64,000 bases of DNA, taken from a virus. Taxonomy: Duplodnaviria; Caudoviricetes. The stretch lies in the IMG/VR virus record IMGVR_UViG_3300005259_000074, positions 1 through 64,000 of that record, one strand, 5' to 3'. Of the stretch, positions 62,097-64,000 are shown piece after piece. A program made the translations under genes and the position numbers. The notes under the pieces are model-generated. The model was not told where the DNA came from. It was given only the letters and a program-made list of their open reading frames with translations, and made no database searches. Numbering within the stretch: position 1 is the first letter of the stretch; each line of letters opens with the position of its first letter.

Positions 62097-62323
62097 ATCT
62101 CTTCCAACTTCATGTTCAGGAGTTCTTGATTCCTCACTTCTGGGTGTCCACACTCCGTCATTATAAGTCCACGCTTCTTCCATCGGCATTCCACGCCATT
62201 CGGCTCCCACTCAGCTTGGCGAAAGTGATCGCACTCTCTCATGTTATACATCGTCCCAATGCATGGGAACCAGATGTTTGAGATGTTGAACGCATGCACA
62301 TCTATCGCCACACAGTGGTTCAT
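62093..62323 (-). CDS. CRT-family protein
   Basis: MNHC; CDHF; ends MKLEEI*. Confidence 0.8.
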   Translation of the reverse strand: MNHCVAIDVHAFNISNIWFPCIGTMYNMRECDHFRQAEWEPNGVECRWKKRGLIMTECGHPEVRNQELLNMKLEEI

Positions 62324-62556
62324 AAGTCCTCCAGCTTCGCCAACGTTGTCAGCTCTACTATAGCTTCATCTTTGGCTGCTTGGTTGGAGCACCTGTATTC
62401 TCCCATGTCTCCTGGAGCAATCTTGTACCGACACCTGACAGACAGCGTGTCACGTCCACATTCACCGTGAGAGCATTCTCTGAATGATCCCGCATAACAG
62501 CGAAAATCTCGGTTTTGCTCTCTAAAGTTGTCTACGTGCACGCAGTTCTTCTTCAT
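62320..62556 (-). CDS. CRT-family protein
   Basis: MKKNC; ends AKLEDL*. Confidence 0.8.
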   Translation of the reverse strand: MKKNCVHVDNFREQNRDFRCYAGSFRECSHGECGRDTLSVRCRYKIAPGDMGEYRCSNQAAKDEAIVELTTLAKLEDL

Positions 62557-62807
62557 ATCTCATCCATCTTCTTCATCAGTGAGTACTCTTCATAAGCCAT
62601 TTCACATGCGCGATCACACGAGCACTCTATCGTCGGAGGCGCCGCGCGAACGAGGACATAGTTGAATTTAACATGTATGCACTGTCTGTTAAACGACTTC
62701 TTCTTATAGAACGTGCACTTCCTCGCGAGACGAGATGAATTCCCGGCAGTGCATCTGTTCCAACCCCAGCTCCCTCCCGTTGTTTCGTGCTGGCACATGT
62801 TCTTCAT
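62553..62807 (-). CDS. CRT-family protein
   Basis: MKNMC; CTFY; CSCDRA; ends KKMDEI*. Confidence 0.8.
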   Translation of the reverse strand: MKNMCQHETTGGSWGWNRCTAGNSSRLARKCTFYKKKSFNRQCIHVKFNYVLVRAAPPTIECSCDRACEMAYEEYSLMKKMDEI

Positions 62808-62998
62808 ATGCTCTCTATGCCTCTGAGGATCGTCGTGTTGACCCAGTTCTTTCTGACAGCACCGGTGTTAGTGCACCGTCCTCTACACTTGAACTTACAC
62901 GACTTCTTGTGATCTTCGTCGAGTGATGTGAAATATTCACACGGGTTGTCGCGAGTTTTCCAGCAGAAGGACCACCAGCTCTTCGGAGGCTTTATCAT
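62804..62998 (-). CDS. CRT-family protein
   Basis: CEYF..C..C..C; ends RGIESI*. Confidence 0.75.
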   Translation of the reverse strand: MIKPPKSWWSFCWKTRDNPCEYFTSLDEDHKKSCKFKCRGRCTNTGAVRKNWVNTTILRGIESI

Positions 62999-63237
62999 AT
63001 CTCCTCCATCTTATCGACAAGGCCAATTTCATCTTTCGCTATTGGGTTTGTGCAGTCTCCGTCAAATTGTAAATCTGCATTATCTACGCACATTCGTTGG
63101 TCGAACCACTCGCACTTCTTCATTTTCTCGATCAGCTCATCTCTGTTGTAAAGACCTACGCGTAAAACCTTACACCCACAAAAGATATGAGTATAACCTG
63201 GATATATGTGCACTTCAGGTTTCATCTTATATTGCAT
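62995..63237 (-). CDS. CRT-family protein
   Basis: CEWF; first gene of the 17-gene array; ends DKMEEI*. Confidence 0.8.
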   Translation of the reverse strand: MQYKMKPEVHIYPGYTHIFCGCKVLRVGLYNRDELIEKMKKCEWFDQRMCVDNADLQFDGDCTNPIAKDEIGLVDKMEEI

Positions 63238-63259
63238 ATGTCATTTCTTTCTTTATGTT

Positions 63260-63290
63260 AAAATAACACGCGAATGATGTTTGTAAAGGG
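63260..63290 (-). promoter_or_regulatory. early-type promoter CCCTTTACA-N16-TATTTT
   Basis: Upstream of the 17-gene CRT array. Confidence 0.6.
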
Positions 63291-63314
63291 AACTAGAGGA
63301 TTTTTCTTCAGTTT

Positions 63315-63344
63315 CCTTTACATCTTCATTTCAGATTGTATTAT
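63315..63344 (+). promoter_or_regulatory. early-type promoter CCTTTACA-N16-TATTAT
   Basis: Divergent partner of the 63260..63290 promoter. Confidence 0.6.
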
Positions 63345-63366
63345 ACTTATGAAAGGAAATAAGTTT

Positions 63367-63612
63367 ATGTCAGATGGGAAAACATCATTCGCTGTGTTCA
63401 ACATCGGTGGATTTATGACGTTCTGCATTGCAAATGGCCGTCAACACGATTGCACTTATTTTGAACCCACTAAAGATCTATCTGTTTGTAAGTGGCAGAA
63501 GAGCACTCCGAGTCTATTCTGTCTAGAATGTCGGTGTAGACCAGCGAGAGACGCGGCCCAAGACCAATATTTCGCTGAGAGAGACTTAGAGCGAAAATTA
63601 GAGGACATATAG
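63367..63612 (+). CDS. CRT-family protein
   Basis: ATG 63367 after AAAGGA; CTYF; CRCRPARDA; ends RKLEDI*. Confidence 0.8.
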   Translation: MSDGKTSFAVFNIGGFMTFCIANGRQHDCTYFEPTKDLSVCKWQKSTPSLFCLECRCRPARDAAQDQYFAERDLERKLEDI

Positions 63613-63620
63613 AGCTCACC

Positions 63621-64000
63621 ATGGGAATGAACTACTATTACGTAGCAACTGAAGACGATGTTCTCCGCATCATGGACGACGACGACCGGGTGAGGCAGGA
63701 CAAAATCCATATCGGAAGAAGCGCGCACGGCTGGATGTTCACGTTTCAAGCTCGCTCGAAGGCGGACTTGACCGACGCGTACTGTGGTATCGAGCACATC
63801 TCGTCGTTTCAAGAGTGGAGAGACGTGTTCGCTAAGATCCCGGGCGTCATCATCGACGAAGACAACCGAGATTATTCAGTTGAGGACTTCTTGACTTTAG
63901 TTGAAGAGACAAAGGAGTACGAAATTCAAGACTACGTGATGACGTTGGGAACACGCTTGAGTAAGAACCACTATGATGCGTACGGTCACGTCGAGATGAA
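63621..64000 (+). CDS. conserved-looking phage protein, 3'-truncated by the window
   Basis: MGMNYY...IHIGRSAHGWMFTF...SFQEW...IIDED; no stop before the window end. Confidence 0.7.
   Translation, partial: MGMNYYYVATEDDVLRIMDDDDRVRQDKIHIGRSAHGWMFTFQARSKADLTDAYCGIEHISSFQEWRDVFAKIPGVIIDEDNRDYSVEDFLTLVEETKEYEIQDYVMTLGTRLSKNHYDAYGHVEM

Noticed and set aside
31885-62210. Long N-terminal extensions in the ORF track for many small genes (e.g. 40689, 40907, 42526, 43988, 44212, 46339, 59781, 60982, 62210)
   Set aside because: Extensions overlap the upstream gene out of frame; coupled ATGA/GTGA or RBS-supported starts give the family N-terminus.
59258-63237. Integron or CRISPR-like array
   Set aside because: No attC-like palindromes, spacers or integrase; units are overlapping coding genes, not exact DNA repeats.
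31000-63612. C-terminal tag as a pure Shine-Dalgarno artefact
   Set aside because: Explains part of the pattern, but the motif persists with SD-free codons at uncoupled operon ends; kept as a caveat only.
1-64000. Stop-codon reassignment, tRNA or rRNA genes
   Set aside because: TAA, TAG and TGA all end well-conserved genes and coding density is high in the standard code; no cloverleaf or rRNA-like sequence noticed by eye (tRNAscan not run).

Overview
64-kb segment of a large T4-like (myovirus/jumbo-type) phage genome. Support: T4-type major capsid gp23, scaffold gp22, tail tube gp19, gp55-type late promoters (TATAAATA/TGTAAATA/GATAAATA), tail-fibre genes and T4-early-like promoters (CTTTACA-N16/17-TAWWWT). 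Recognisable accessory enzymes: CCA-adding enzyme, RtcB, DRB0094/Rnl5 RNA ligase, cyclic-phosphate receiver, RlmN-like radical SAM, Nampt plus NadM-Nudix (NAD salvage), Nudix, HAD, patatin, metacaspase, OpgB/LTA-synthase-like sulfatase, DUF262, DinG-like helicase and a Hef-like homing endonuclease. The dominant unexplained structure is a family of about 44 small six-Cys proteins with hypervariable loops and a conserved C-terminal helix ending (K/R/A)-(L/M/I)-(E/D)-(E/D/x)-(I/L/V)-stop, called 'CRT' (Cys-rich, C-terminally tagged) below. They lie in translationally coupled arrays, several directly behind early promoters, and about 15 unrelated proteins, including membrane proteins and a 13-aa minigene, carry the same tail. 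A second tag system is present: 8 different proteins between gp19 and gp22 start with MSKFQELYE/MSKFDD, resembling the T4 capsid-targeting sequence. All calls come from motif reading by eye; no database search was run and counts are manual. Many starts were moved from the ORF track to the coupled or RBS-supported start.
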